DNA of 64,000 bases from Alphaproteobacteria bacterium (GTDB lineage: Bacteria; Pseudomonadota; Alphaproteobacteria; JAJTHO01; CANGYM01): positions 1,907 through 65,906 of the forward strand of contig JBILTX010000001.1 in assembly GCA_044371315.1 (NCBI GenBank), written 5' to 3'. Within the stretch, counting starts at the first letter, position 1. Each line of letters begins with the position of its first letter. Positions 7,355 through 16,334 of the stretch are shown piece by piece. The translations under genes and the position numbers were made by a program. Below the pieces are notes generated by a model. That model was not told the origin of the DNA. It made no database searches and worked only from the letters and a program-made list of their open reading frames with translations.

Positions 7355-8704
7355 ATGAGTAGTTTTCACCGCGAATCTTGGTCCCCTGATGCTTGGCAGC
7401 GCCTGCCCATTGTGCAACATCCCACCTATCCGGATCAGGCGGCCTTGCAAGGCGTCAAAGCCCAACTGTCCAAAATGCCCCCGCTGGTCTTTGCGGGGGA
7501 GGTGCGGGCCCTAAAGAGAAAATTGGCCAAAGTGGCCAGAGGCGAGGCCTTTTTGCTCCAAGGCGGGGACTGCGCCGAAAGTTTTGTGGAATTTGGGGCC
7601 AACAAAATTCGGGATACGCTGCGCGTGATTCTGCAAATGGCTGTGGTTTTGGCCTATAGTTCCGGCAAGCCTGTGGTAAAAATTGCGCGTATGGCCGGCC
7701 AGTTTGCCAAGCCCCGATCGGCGGATATGGAAACCATAGGGGATATAACCCTGCCCGCGTATCGCGGGGATATCATTAACGGCATGGACTTTACACCAGA
7801 GGCACGGTGCCCTGACCCCGAGCGTATGTTGCGCTGTTATTATCAATCCGCAGCCACGCTGAATTTGATTCGCGCCCTTTCCGAAGGGGGCTATGCCAAC
7901 ATTCACAAGCTGAACCGGTGGAGTTTGGATTTCGTGGCGGCCTCTCCCGTGGGGCATCGTTACCAAGACACCATCGACAGTATCACCAAGGCCCTGAGCT
8001 TTATGGAAGCCTGCGGTCTGACGGCAGAACAGGTGCCCCAAATTGAAAAAACAACGGTGTATACATCTCATGAGGCTTTGTTGTTGCACTATGAAGAATG
8101 CTTAACCCGCATTGATAGCTTAACAGGGGATTGGTACGACACCTCGGCCCATATGGTGTGGATTGGGGATAGGACCAGACAGCCGGATCACGCCCACGTG
8201 GCCTTTATGCGCGGCATCGGCAACCCCGTTGGCATCAAGTGTGGCCCAACCACGGATCCCCAAACGTTGGTAGACATTATCAAAACCATAAACCCCGATA
8301 ACGAAGAGGGTCGCATCGTCCTGATTTCCCGTATGGGGGCGGGCAAGGTGGAGGCCCACTTGCCAACCTTGATTGAGGCTGTTGAAGCCACGGGGCAATC
8401 GGTGGTTTGGTCCTGTGATCCCATGCACGGCAATACCCATAAAACCAGCGATGGGACCAAAACACGATCCTTTGACGCTATTTTACAAGAAGTTAGAGAG
8501 TTTTTTGCCGTTCATAAAAAAATGGGCACCCACGCTGGTGGTGTTCATATCGAAATGACGGGACAGGATGTCACGGAATGTGTCGGCGGCGGCCAGCAGT
8601 TGGGGGAAGAGGATCTAAAACATCGCTACGAAACCCACTGTGACCCCAGACTGAATGCGTCACAGGCTTTGGAATTATCCTTTTTGCTGGCGGATGTTGT
8701 CTAA
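7355..8704 (+). CDS. class II 3-deoxy-7-phosphoheptulonate (DAHP) synthase
   Basis: About 449 aa from MSSFHRESWSPDAWQ. Class II N-terminus LPIVQHPTYPD..., followed by LLQGGDCAESF. Confidence 0.85.
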   Translation: MSSFHRESWSPDAWQRLPIVQHPTYPDQAALQGVKAQLSKMPPLVFAGEVRALKRKLAKVARGEAFLLQGGDCAESFVEFGANKIRDTLRVILQMAVVLAYSSGKPVVKIARMAGQFAKPRSADMETIGDITLPAYRGDIINGMDFTPEARCPDPERMLRCYYQSAATLNLIRALSEGGYANIHKLNRWSLDFVAASPVGHRYQDTIDSITKALSFMEACGLTAEQVPQIEKTTVYTSHEALLLHYEECLTRIDSLTGDWYDTSAHMVWIGDRTRQPDHAHVAFMRGIGNPVGIKCGPTTDPQTLVDIIKTINPDNEEGRIVLISRMGAGKVEAHLPTLIEAVEATGQSVVWSCDPMHGNTHKTSDGTKTRSFDAILQEVREFFAVHKKMGTHAGGVHIEMTGQDVTECVGGGQQLGEEDLKHRYETHCDPRLNASQALELSFLLADVV

Positions 8705-8720
8705 ACCTTATAAGGGCTGA

Positions 8721-9692
8721 TCAGTGCTGCCTGTGGGCTAGGCTTTGGAGAATATCCCCAAAAGCGTCGTGAATCGCCTTGGGGCCCCCTAAGGTATGAA
8801 GGGCCTCTGTTGCCTGCTGGGTGTGGTGAACAACCAGATGGTGCATATCAGAAAAAATGCTGTGTTCGTGCATCAGTTGGGTCACTTTGGGCAGGCTGCT
8901 ACGGCGTTCCTCCTCATGATCCATTAGGCTTTGCATCCATGTTTTTTTAGACGGGGAAACCCGTTGATACAGGGTTAGCCAAGGCCACGTTACCTTGCCC
9001 TCTAAAAAATCTTTTCCGATGCTTTTGCCCAAGGATTCCCCTTGGGCGGTGTAATCCAACAGATCATCCTGCAACTGAAACGCCAGCCCCAAGTGTAACC
9101 CCAGACGGCGCAACTGATTGCATGTCTCTTGGGGTTTTTGCGCCAAATACCCCGTGACCTCGCAGGCTGCGGCAAACAATTCGGCGGTTTTGCGCTCAAT
9201 GATGTTAAAATAATGCTCTTCTGTCATGGTCAGGTTTTTCAGGGATAGCAGTTGCAGCACTTCTCCCTCAGCAATGCGGGAAGAGGCCCGTGCCAGAATC
9301 TCCAACACCTTCAGCGTTTTGGTTTCCACCATCAATTGAAACGCCCGACTGAACAGGAAATCCCCCACCAGAACGTTGGCCGCATTGCCCCACACCAAGC
9401 GGGCACTGGCTTTGCCGCGGCGTTCCTCCGCCTGATCCACAACATCATCATGCAGCAGGGTGGCGGTATGGATGCATTCCACGGCGGCGGCCAGAGGATA
9501 GTGACGATCCTCTTTATAATCCATCAACCCCGCACAAGCCAAGGTCAGCAAAGGTCGAATGCGTTTGCCCCCTGCATCCAGCAAATAATGGGAAAGGTCC
9601 GGAATTAGGGCAATACCAGAGGATACGTTTTCTGACAACAGGGCCTCAACCCTCCTCATTTCATCTGAAAACAGTATGCTGAGCGTATCCAT
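8721..9692 (-). CDS. ispB: polyprenyl diphosphate synthase (octaprenyl-diphosphate synthase-like)
   Basis: First DDxxD motif LLHDDVVDQAEERRG and second motif FQLQDDLLDY. Length is 323 aa. Confidence 0.75.
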   Translation of the reverse strand: MDTLSILFSDEMRRVEALLSENVSSGIALIPDLSHYLLDAGGKRIRPLLTLACAGLMDYKEDRHYPLAAAVECIHTATLLHDDVVDQAEERRGKASARLVWGNAANVLVGDFLFSRAFQLMVETKTLKVLEILARASSRIAEGEVLQLLSLKNLTMTEEHYFNIIERKTAELFAAACEVTGYLAQKPQETCNQLRRLGLHLGLAFQLQDDLLDYTAQGESLGKSIGKDFLEGKVTWPWLTLYQRVSPSKKTWMQSLMDHEEERRSSLPKVTQLMHEHSIFSDMHHLVVHHTQQATEALHTLGGPKAIHDAFGDILQSLAHRQH

Positions 9693-9740
9693 AATCGTTT
9701 TTTCCTAGCGTTGCTTCGTTTTCCGTTCTAAGGTGCTTTT

Positions 9741-10643
9741 ATGTCAAGCGTTTTCCCGTTTTTTCGCCTTTTTTTTGTGTTGATGGTTTTGGTCATGGCT
9801 TCGGCCTGCGCCCTTAAAGAAGAGGCCTATCGCAGAGCGGCCAACGAAGAGGCCTCAGCATCATTGATAAAAATTGGGGATTCTTCCTTTGAGGCTGAAA
9901 ATTATCAACCCGCCCTTGACCTTTATTTGCGTGCCTACAAAAAAAAACCCGATGATGCCACACTGGAAAAAATCGCCGTGACGTTTGACCGCATGGGGAA
10001 CCCTCAGGCCTCTTATCAAACCTATCTTTTGTTGCAACAAAACAACCCTAAAAACGAATTGTATCTTAAAAATCTGGCGCAGGCGGCCTTTTATGCCGAA
10101 GATTTTCAGGCCAGTCAGAAATACTATCAGGATCTTTTGCAAAGGGATCCCAGCGATGGCAATCACTTAGGCGCAGGCGTTGTTGAGGATGTTTTGGGGC
10201 ATCACGATACAGCCCAAAACCATTATCGCCAAGTTATCGAGCATAGCCCTCGGAATTTGAATGCCAAAAATAATTTGGGCCTTTCGTTGTTGTTACAGGG
10301 TAAGGTGACGGAGGCAGAGGCCCTTTTCAAGGCCCTCACCGAACGCGCCGATAGCGAGCCGCGTTTTGATATGAATCTGGCTCTTGTTTACGGTGTTTCG
10401 GGAAAATCGGCGCAGGCTGAATCGTTGTTAAAAAAATATCTTTCCCCAGAGGACGTGGCATCAACCCTGCAATTTTATCGGGATTATAGTTTGCTGAATG
10501 CGGAACAACGCCGGCGGGTGGTGTATGGGTTTTCCGAAAACCCTGAAACGGACCCCAAGTCCGACTCTGCGGCAGGGTCTTTAAAAGCCTTTCTTTCCCC
10601 AAGGCCATCTGGCACGGAAGAGCCAGATGCGTCTAAGCCTTAG
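9741..10643 (+). CDS. secreted tetratricopeptide-repeat protein
   Basis: N-terminal signal peptide ending ...MASAC, followed by multiple TPR-like repeats (YQPALDLYLRAYKKKPDD, NNLGLSLLLQGKVTEAEALF). Confidence 0.7.
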   Translation: MSSVFPFFRLFFVLMVLVMASACALKEEAYRRAANEEASASLIKIGDSSFEAENYQPALDLYLRAYKKKPDDATLEKIAVTFDRMGNPQASYQTYLLLQQNNPKNELYLKNLAQAAFYAEDFQASQKYYQDLLQRDPSDGNHLGAGVVEDVLGHHDTAQNHYRQVIEHSPRNLNAKNNLGLSLLLQGKVTEAEALFKALTERADSEPRFDMNLALVYGVSGKSAQAESLLKKYLSPEDVASTLQFYRDYSLLNAEQRRRVVYGFSENPETDPKSDSAAGSLKAFLSPRPSGTEEPDASKP

Positions 10644-10647
10644 TCGG

Positions 10648-11328
10648 TTATTTAGGAGGAGAACCCTTTTCCGGTTCGCTGGTGGGGGCGTCGTCTTCAG
10701 GGATGGGGATAAACACGGGATCCCCCGCTACCAAAGAATAACGAAAAGATACATGCTTTCGTTTTTTTAGGGTTATCAGTCGCGCCAGATACAATACCCC
10801 CCCCAAAAAAGCAAAAACCCAGATGGTTCCGAGAATCCACAAACTATGCAGACCGAAATAAATCAACAGCATACCAGCGGCGATTACTAGGCACAGGGTT
10901 TGCTTGATGCTTTTTTTGAGTTCTTTTTCCGTATATTGACTGGCGTATTCAATATCATAGCGTTTTTTACTGAGCGTCATGGGGGCAATACGCATTTGGG
11001 GACGCAGGGCTTGGAAACGTTTGTTTTCATCCATTTTCAGTTTCAATCGCCACCCTGCAATCATCAAAATCAGAATCGGCAACGTGACGATGTCAATCAC
11101 AATCAGCAGCAGGCAGGATATCAGGATTCCTACAATCAGGGCGATGTAGGTGGGATGCATGAAGGGTGCTTCCCATTGATCTTTAATACTTTTTGTGGCC
11201 ACATAACCAATGCCGCCGCGTTTATGGGCAAAGGGATGAATCAGAAACTCCCCCTGTCTCGTGGGGCGCACGCAAACGCGGTAGTGATGGCGCCGCATGC
11301 GAGAGGTCATCCAAAAAGGATAGATCAT
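10648..11328 (-). CDS. hypothetical membrane protein, paralog A of a tandem pair
   Basis: N-terminal cytoplasmic motif R-x-R-P-x3-GEFL-x-HPFAHKRGGIGYV followed by TM helices. Shares this architecture with the upstream paralog. Confidence 0.6.
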   Translation of the reverse strand: MIYPFWMTSRMRRHHYRVCVRPTRQGEFLIHPFAHKRGGIGYVATKSIKDQWEAPFMHPTYIALIVGILISCLLLIVIDIVTLPILILMIAGWRLKLKMDENKRFQALRPQMRIAPMTLSKKRYDIEYASQYTEKELKKSIKQTLCLVIAAGMLLIYFGLHSLWILGTIWVFAFLGGVLYLARLITLKKRKHVSFRYSLVAGDPVFIPIPEDDAPTSEPEKGSPPK

Positions 11329-11969
11329 GGCTTTTCTCCCTCAAGGGGGGGCAACAATCCTTCTGTTCGTCCCAAAGACAGCTTTGCAGCTTTCCAGCGC
11401 GACGTTAGCAGCATGTATGCGCGGTACCCGTAATACGCTGTCATCAGGGCCGCAAGAACCAATACCAAAAGCTGTTGGCGCAGACTATCCCCCGAGAGGC
11501 CATAAATCATAGTTCCGATAAAAAGGATCAGCAGAAAAATAGAAAAAAGAGACAAAACAAAAATATAAAAACGGGAAACCTGCAGCGATCGCTCCATCCA
11601 ATACCGTTTGAATGTCAATCGGTGGGGCAGGGGGGTTAAGTGTGACAAAAAGGCATCAAAGCGTCGTTTCTGCCAGTCATAATTCAAAACGCCCAGCCAG
11701 ATCCCCAATCCCAACCCCAACAAGGATCCGATCAGATCATAATCAAAAAGCCAGGCAATGAGCAGGCCCAACAACAGCGTGGGTACAAACACAAAAGCAA
11801 AGGGATCCCAATCAGCGGTTTTGGCCTGTTCCAAATCCTTGGCATTGACGGCATACCCCACGCCGCCGCGATGATGGTCAAAGGGGAAATAAAGAAAATC
11901 CCCCCCCTCGCTGGGGCAGGGACGCAGGCGGATTTCTGTACGTTTTCTTATTTGGCGATTGAAAAACAT
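11325..11969 (-). CDS. hypothetical membrane protein, paralog B of a tandem pair
   Basis: N-terminal LRPCPSEGGDFLYFPFDHHRGGVGYAV followed by TM helices. Overlaps paralog A by 4 bp. Confidence 0.6.
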   Translation of the reverse strand: MFFNRQIRKRTEIRLRPCPSEGGDFLYFPFDHHRGGVGYAVNAKDLEQAKTADWDPFAFVFVPTLLLGLLIAWLFDYDLIGSLLGLGLGIWLGVLNYDWQKRRFDAFLSHLTPLPHRLTFKRYWMERSLQVSRFYIFVLSLFSIFLLILFIGTMIYGLSGDSLRQQLLVLVLAALMTAYYGYRAYMLLTSRWKAAKLSLGRTEGLLPPLEGEKP

Positions 11970-12047
11970 CGTGACATCGTTTTTGGTTTTTTACAGTTTT
12001 ATGGGTAAGATGCTGTAAGATTACAATCTCAATGTCAATAAACCGTT

Positions 12048-13859
12048 ATGGCCTCTTTCCTATCCGCCCCCCTGTCGCACAGGCTTTCGCCCGTGATTTT
12101 GCCGTTGTTGTTTGTTTTGGGGATGAAGATTCTGCCCATCATGACCCAGCCGCAAAACTGGACAGAAACGATGACGGATCCCGATGCAATTTTGCGTTTG
12201 GTGGTGGTGGATAATCTGATTCAAACGGGGGACTGGGGGGATCATCGGATTCATCGGACCAACCCCCCCACGGGAACCGTGACCCCGTGGACACGGCCCA
12301 TGGATGGTGTGGTGTTGACAGGGTATGCGTCCATGCGGTTATTTTTGGATGAAAAACAGGCCCTCATCGGATCGGCCATGATCATGCCGCCGCTGTTGTT
12401 TGTTTTGGGGCTTGTCTTTGTGTGGCGATGGATGGCGTCACAGGGGATGCCGATTTATGCCCAGCTCTTTGTTTTGATGGCTATGGCTCTTAATCCGTGG
12501 TTCAGAGCGTTTGATCCTGGTGCCGTTGATCATCATGGCTTGCTTTTGGTGTGTGCTTGGATGCAGTTTCTTTTGACCTATAGCGTGATTCAGGGTAGGG
12601 GGCATCACGCCCCCTACTTGGCCATGGTTACAGGATTGGGAATATGGGTTTCCCCTGAATTTTTTATCGTGTCATTTTTATCGTTTGCGGGGTTGGCCTT
12701 TTGCTGGTTAAGGTGCCCTAGGGAGTATCACGCGCCTTTTTTAAACGTTCTGTGGATCACAACCTTGATTCTGGCGGTGGCTGTTGGGATAGAGCAGCCT
12801 GTGTTTTGGGTGCCTTTTTATGACACGGTTTCTGTGGTTTACGTGGCGTTGTTGGCCATGATGACGGCGGGCTTTTGGGCCCTGAAAGCAACAGAGCGTC
12901 ATGATCTGTGGGACCGTTTGTTTTTTGCGGTGGGTGTATTGATTTTAATTTTGGGGGTTATGCGGTGCCTTTATCCGGAATTTTATAAACTCACCATGGG
13001 GGGGCTAGATCCCTATATCATAAAGTCTTTTTTGCCCAGCGTGTCGGAACAACAGGCGTTGGTGGATGGCTTTAAAGATATTTTTCCCCCCCAACCGTGG
13101 ATAGGGATTGTGGTTTCTCATCTTTTGTTTTTTTTGGGATACGGGTTTTTCTTTCATCGGCTGAGGGTGACGAGGGGGGAGTTTTTTCAGGGACATTCTC
13201 CGGACCTCTTCGTGTTTGTTTATGCGGTGGTGACCTTAGGGTTGGGGGTGGCAGTGGTGCGCCTTTATCCTTATTCCCTTTTGCCTGGGGTGTTTTTATT
13301 TTTGCCTGTTTTGGATGCGTTGGTTAAAACGCCCAAACTCTCCGCTTTATCCGACAGTTTAAGAGCGTGCTGTGTGATCATTATAGCGGCTGTGCCCATG
13401 TTGAGTTTGGCGTTTTTGATGAGTTTGGCGGAACTTTGGCCGTCATCGCAAAAAGATGGTGTGGATAATGCCTGTGATGACGATACGCGGGTTTTTATCC
13501 AAAACGCCCTGATGCCCGCCCTGCCCCAAGCCCATTTGATTTTCACCCACAACAACGATATGCCCGCGTTGCTGTTTTGGACCCCCTACACGGCCTTGGC
13601 GGGGAATTATCACAGAGAGCCTGCCGCCCTGAAAGATTTGGCAACGTTTTTTTCCGCCAAGACAGAGAGCGAAGCCCAAGCTTTGATCCAAAAACATCGT
13701 CCCGATGCGGTGATTGTGTGTTTAAAACGGGCAGAGCCCCGTGGCCGCTGGATTTATGATGTGGCCACTGGAAAAATCAACCCACCCGACGGCCTGAAAC
13801 GTATTTCCACAGACGAAAAGCTGTATCCTAACATTCGGCTGTATCAGGTCAGCCCTTAA
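12048..13859 (+). CDS. large polytopic membrane protein (603 aa) with a C-terminal soluble domain; possible GT-C-like glycosyltransferase
   Basis: More than 10 hydrophobic helices and a first loop with DPDAILRLVVVDNLIQTGDWGDHRIHR. The soluble C-terminal part is about 150 aa. Family assignment is uncertain. Confidence 0.6.
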   Translation: MASFLSAPLSHRLSPVILPLLFVLGMKILPIMTQPQNWTETMTDPDAILRLVVVDNLIQTGDWGDHRIHRTNPPTGTVTPWTRPMDGVVLTGYASMRLFLDEKQALIGSAMIMPPLLFVLGLVFVWRWMASQGMPIYAQLFVLMAMALNPWFRAFDPGAVDHHGLLLVCAWMQFLLTYSVIQGRGHHAPYLAMVTGLGIWVSPEFFIVSFLSFAGLAFCWLRCPREYHAPFLNVLWITTLILAVAVGIEQPVFWVPFYDTVSVVYVALLAMMTAGFWALKATERHDLWDRLFFAVGVLILILGVMRCLYPEFYKLTMGGLDPYIIKSFLPSVSEQQALVDGFKDIFPPQPWIGIVVSHLLFFLGYGFFFHRLRVTRGEFFQGHSPDLFVFVYAVVTLGLGVAVVRLYPYSLLPGVFLFLPVLDALVKTPKLSALSDSLRACCVIIIAAVPMLSLAFLMSLAELWPSSQKDGVDNACDDDTRVFIQNALMPALPQAHLIFTHNNDMPALLFWTPYTALAGNYHREPAALKDLATFFSAKTESEAQALIQKHRPDAVIVCLKRAEPRGRWIYDVATGKINPPDGLKRISTDEKLYPNIRLYQVSP

Positions 13860-13890
13860 ATAATTATTTGGTGCAATAATTATTTGGTGC
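13857..13890. repeat. tandem 16-bp direct repeat AATAATTATTTGGTGC x2 that includes the tRNA-Leu 3' end
   Basis: Seen directly in the sequence. The repeat unit is GCACCA plus the palindromic AATAATTATT in the tRNA orientation. Confidence 0.6.
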
Positions 13891-13970
13891 CCCAGGAGGG
13901 ACTTGAACCCCCACACCCTTGCGAGTAGCAGATTTTGAGTCTGCCGCGTCTACCATTCCACCACTGGGGC
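13885..13970 (-). tRNA. tRNA-Leu (anticodon CAA)
   Basis: Reverse complement folds as a type II tRNA. Acceptor GCCCCAG/CTGGGGC, anticodon loop CTCAAAA, long variable arm, T-loop GGTTCAAGTCC, encoded CCA. Confidence 0.9.
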
Positions 13971-14079
13971 ATTATCAACGGTGTGCTTTATACCAAGGTT
14001 TTGGGGGGTGGTCAAATTTTCCTTAAAAAAAATTTTGTGGCGATGGGCGGGGGGATTTGTTAAGGTCAGCGACCTTTGT

Positions 14080-14163
14080 GCGGTCGTGGCGGAATGGTAG
14101 ACGCGCAGCGTTGAGGTCGCTGTGGGGAGACCCGTGGAAGTTCGACTCTTCTCGACCGCACCA
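14080..14163 (+). tRNA. tRNA-Leu (anticodon GAG)
   Basis: Acceptor GCGGTCG/CGACCGC, anticodon loop TTGAGGT, long variable arm, T-loop GGTTCGACTCT, encoded CCA. Confidence 0.9.
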
Positions 14164-14178
14164 CCTTGTTTTATTGGA

Positions 14179-14334
14179 TTAAAAATCCGTCACCACCATG
14201 CGGCCATCCGATTTACGCACAATCCATTCGGTGGGGGCTGACGCCACAGGGGGCTCTTTTTTATCCAGGGATTTTTTTTCAGCGGGGACGTGTGTTTCCT
14301 CAGCCGATGTGTTAATGTCTTGAGTCATATCCAT
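14179..14334 (-). CDS. small DUF1674-like protein (SDHAF4-like C-terminus)
   Basis: 51-aa ORF ending APTEWIVRKSDGRMVVTDF. This resembles the conserved ...GDWE.KGR..DF tail of alphaproteobacterial DUF1674 proteins. The start is uncertain. Confidence 0.4.
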   Translation of the reverse strand: MDMTQDINTSAEETHVPAEKKSLDKKEPPVASAPTEWIVRKSDGRMVVTDF

Positions 14335-14369
14335 CCTGTGATGCTTTGACGATAAACAAACGTACCATA

Positions 14370-15671
14370 ATGTCTGCCCCAAAACCATCCCGATTTTCCA
14401 CGGATCACAGCATGGCCCTGCGCCGTTTGGTGCTGGACATCTATAGTGATATTCTCAAACGCAGACAAATGTTGGAGGAAACCTGCGCCCGTCACCCCAG
14501 CTTTGCGCGGTATGATGCCGCAGATCGCGGATTTGTCATGGTGCGCCTAAAAACCCTGTTCCGGTATCGGGGGGCCTTTATGGCCATGCTGCGGGATTTT
14601 TCCCCCAAAAAAACAGAGCACGAGGCTGTGTTGCATTTGGCCTTGGCTGAGGTTTTGTGTTTAGGCACCCCCGTGTATGCCGTTGCCCAGTGGGCTAAAA
14701 GCGTTTCAAAGCTATATGCCCAAAAGTATGTTCATGCTTTGATCCAGAGGGCTGTGCGTCTGGGGGAGGGGTGGTGTGCGCTTTATCTGAAACCTGAAAA
14801 CCTGATATCCCCTTGGTTATACCAGCGATTGCAGCAGGGGTATGACTCAGATACCTTAAACACGATGACCAAGGTTCATTTGACCATACCCCCTTTGGAT
14901 ATAACCCTCAGAAATTCAGGATTTTTAGGGGATGATAGGGCAGGGCAGGGGGGGCATTCCTTTCTGGTGCCGTGGTCAAACCGTTATTCAGACTCACCGG
15001 TTGTTAGCTCTTTGCCAGGGTATGACCAGGGGCTATGGTGGGTTCAGGATGTGGCGGCCAGTTTTCCGGTGATGGCCCTAGGTGATGTACGGGGGCAGAC
15101 TGTTTTGGATATGGGCGCGGCCCCAGGGGGAAAGACGATGCAGCTGGCCTCGCGCGGGGCCTATGTTACGGCGCTGGATTATGCGCCGGATCGTATGAGG
15201 GTTTTAAAAGAGAATCTGGCGCGAACGGGCCTTATTGCCGATGTGGTGGCTGCGGATGCGTTGACGTGGGCTTCGCCAAGATTGTTTGATGCTGTCTTGC
15301 TGGATGCCCCGTGTTCCGCCACGGGAACGTTGCGGCGTCATCCGGAATTGCCTTGGATTCGGGATGATGGCTACCTTGGGGCGTTACAGGCTACGCAAGA
15401 GGCTTTGCTGCATCGCGCCCTGAATGTGGTTAAACTGGGGGGCAAAGTGGTTTACGCTGTGTGTTCCCTTTTGAAAGAAGAGGGATCGGATGTGGTTCAG
15501 TCTGTGCTGGTGGCGCGGGCGGATTGTCTCTTGCAGCCGATCACAAACCAAGATACCATGATCCCTGATTTTGCCCTGAAAGACGGATATCTTCAAACCA
15601 ACCCCAGCCATGCTGCTGAGGATGGGGGGATGGATGGATTTTTTGCGGCATGTTTTGTTAAAACATCCTGA
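14370..15671 (+). CDS. rsmB: 16S rRNA m5C methyltransferase, RsmB/Sun family
   Basis: SAM-binding VLDMGAAPGGKT, DAPCSATG and the PC/TC catalytic cysteine context CSLLKEEG. An NusB-like N-terminal region is present. Confidence 0.8.
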   Translation: MSAPKPSRFSTDHSMALRRLVLDIYSDILKRRQMLEETCARHPSFARYDAADRGFVMVRLKTLFRYRGAFMAMLRDFSPKKTEHEAVLHLALAEVLCLGTPVYAVAQWAKSVSKLYAQKYVHALIQRAVRLGEGWCALYLKPENLISPWLYQRLQQGYDSDTLNTMTKVHLTIPPLDITLRNSGFLGDDRAGQGGHSFLVPWSNRYSDSPVVSSLPGYDQGLWWVQDVAASFPVMALGDVRGQTVLDMGAAPGGKTMQLASRGAYVTALDYAPDRMRVLKENLARTGLIADVVAADALTWASPRLFDAVLLDAPCSATGTLRRHPELPWIRDDGYLGALQATQEALLHRALNVVKLGGKVVYAVCSLLKEEGSDVVQSVLVARADCLLQPITNQDTMIPDFALKDGYLQTNPSHAAEDGGMDGFFAACFVKTS

Positions 15672-15683
15672 TGGTGGTCGACT

Positions 15684-16334
15684 GTGGTTCGTTTGGCACC
15701 TTCTCTTTTATCCGCGGATTTTGCCCATTTGGCCAGAGATGTGGCGGCTTTAGAGGCCGCGGGGGCGGATGCGTTGCATTTGGATGTGATGGATGGTCAT
15801 TTTGTGCCTAATATGACGTTTGGTCCGCCGGTGATTGCGGCGTTGCGGCCGTTGACAGCCTTACCTTTGGACGCCCATTTGATGATCACCCATGCTGAAA
15901 CCACGGTGGAGTCCTATATCGCCGCCGGTGTCAATCATATCACGGTTCATGCCGAGGCCTGCACCCATTTGGACCGTCTTCTTACCTTTATAAAATCTCG
16001 GGGCTGTACGGCAGGGGTGGCCTTTAATCCCTCAACACCCCCAGATATGCTGCGCTATTTACCCCAAGTAGATTTGGTTCTGGTGATGACTGTGAATCCT
16101 GGGTTTGGGGGGCAGGCTTTTTTGGAGTCTCAAATTGAAAAAATCAAATGGGTTCGGGATTTTCGGGCTGAAAAGAAATTATCTTTTGATATTCAGGTTG
16201 ACGGGGGCATTACGCAGGATACCATTGGGCGTGTTGTGGCCGCCGGTGCCGATGTGATTGTGGCCGGCAGTGCGGTTTTTAAAGGGGGTGTTGCTGAGGT
16301 TCCCAATAATATCGCACGGTTGCGTCATGGTTGA
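15684..16334 (+). CDS. rpe: ribulose-phosphate 3-epimerase
   Basis: LAPSLLSADFAHLARDV...HLDVMDGHFVPN, and a C-terminal GAD..VAGSAVF. Confidence 0.9.
   Translation: MVRLAPSLLSADFAHLARDVAALEAAGADALHLDVMDGHFVPNMTFGPPVIAALRPLTALPLDAHLMITHAETTVESYIAAGVNHITVHAEACTHLDRLLTFIKSRGCTAGVAFNPSTPPDMLRYLPQVDLVLVMTVNPGFGGQAFLESQIEKIKWVRDFRAEKKLSFDIQVDGGITQDTIGRVVAAGADVIVAGSAVFKGGVAEVPNNIARLRHG

Noticed and set aside
7511-8089. 192-aa minus-strand ORF inside the DAHP synthase gene
   Set aside because: It is antisense to a well-supported gene and has no motif or start context.
13980-14079. A possible gene between the two divergent tRNA-Leu genes
   Set aside because: It is only about 100 bp, has no ORF, and is best explained as promoter sequence for the plus-strand tRNA.
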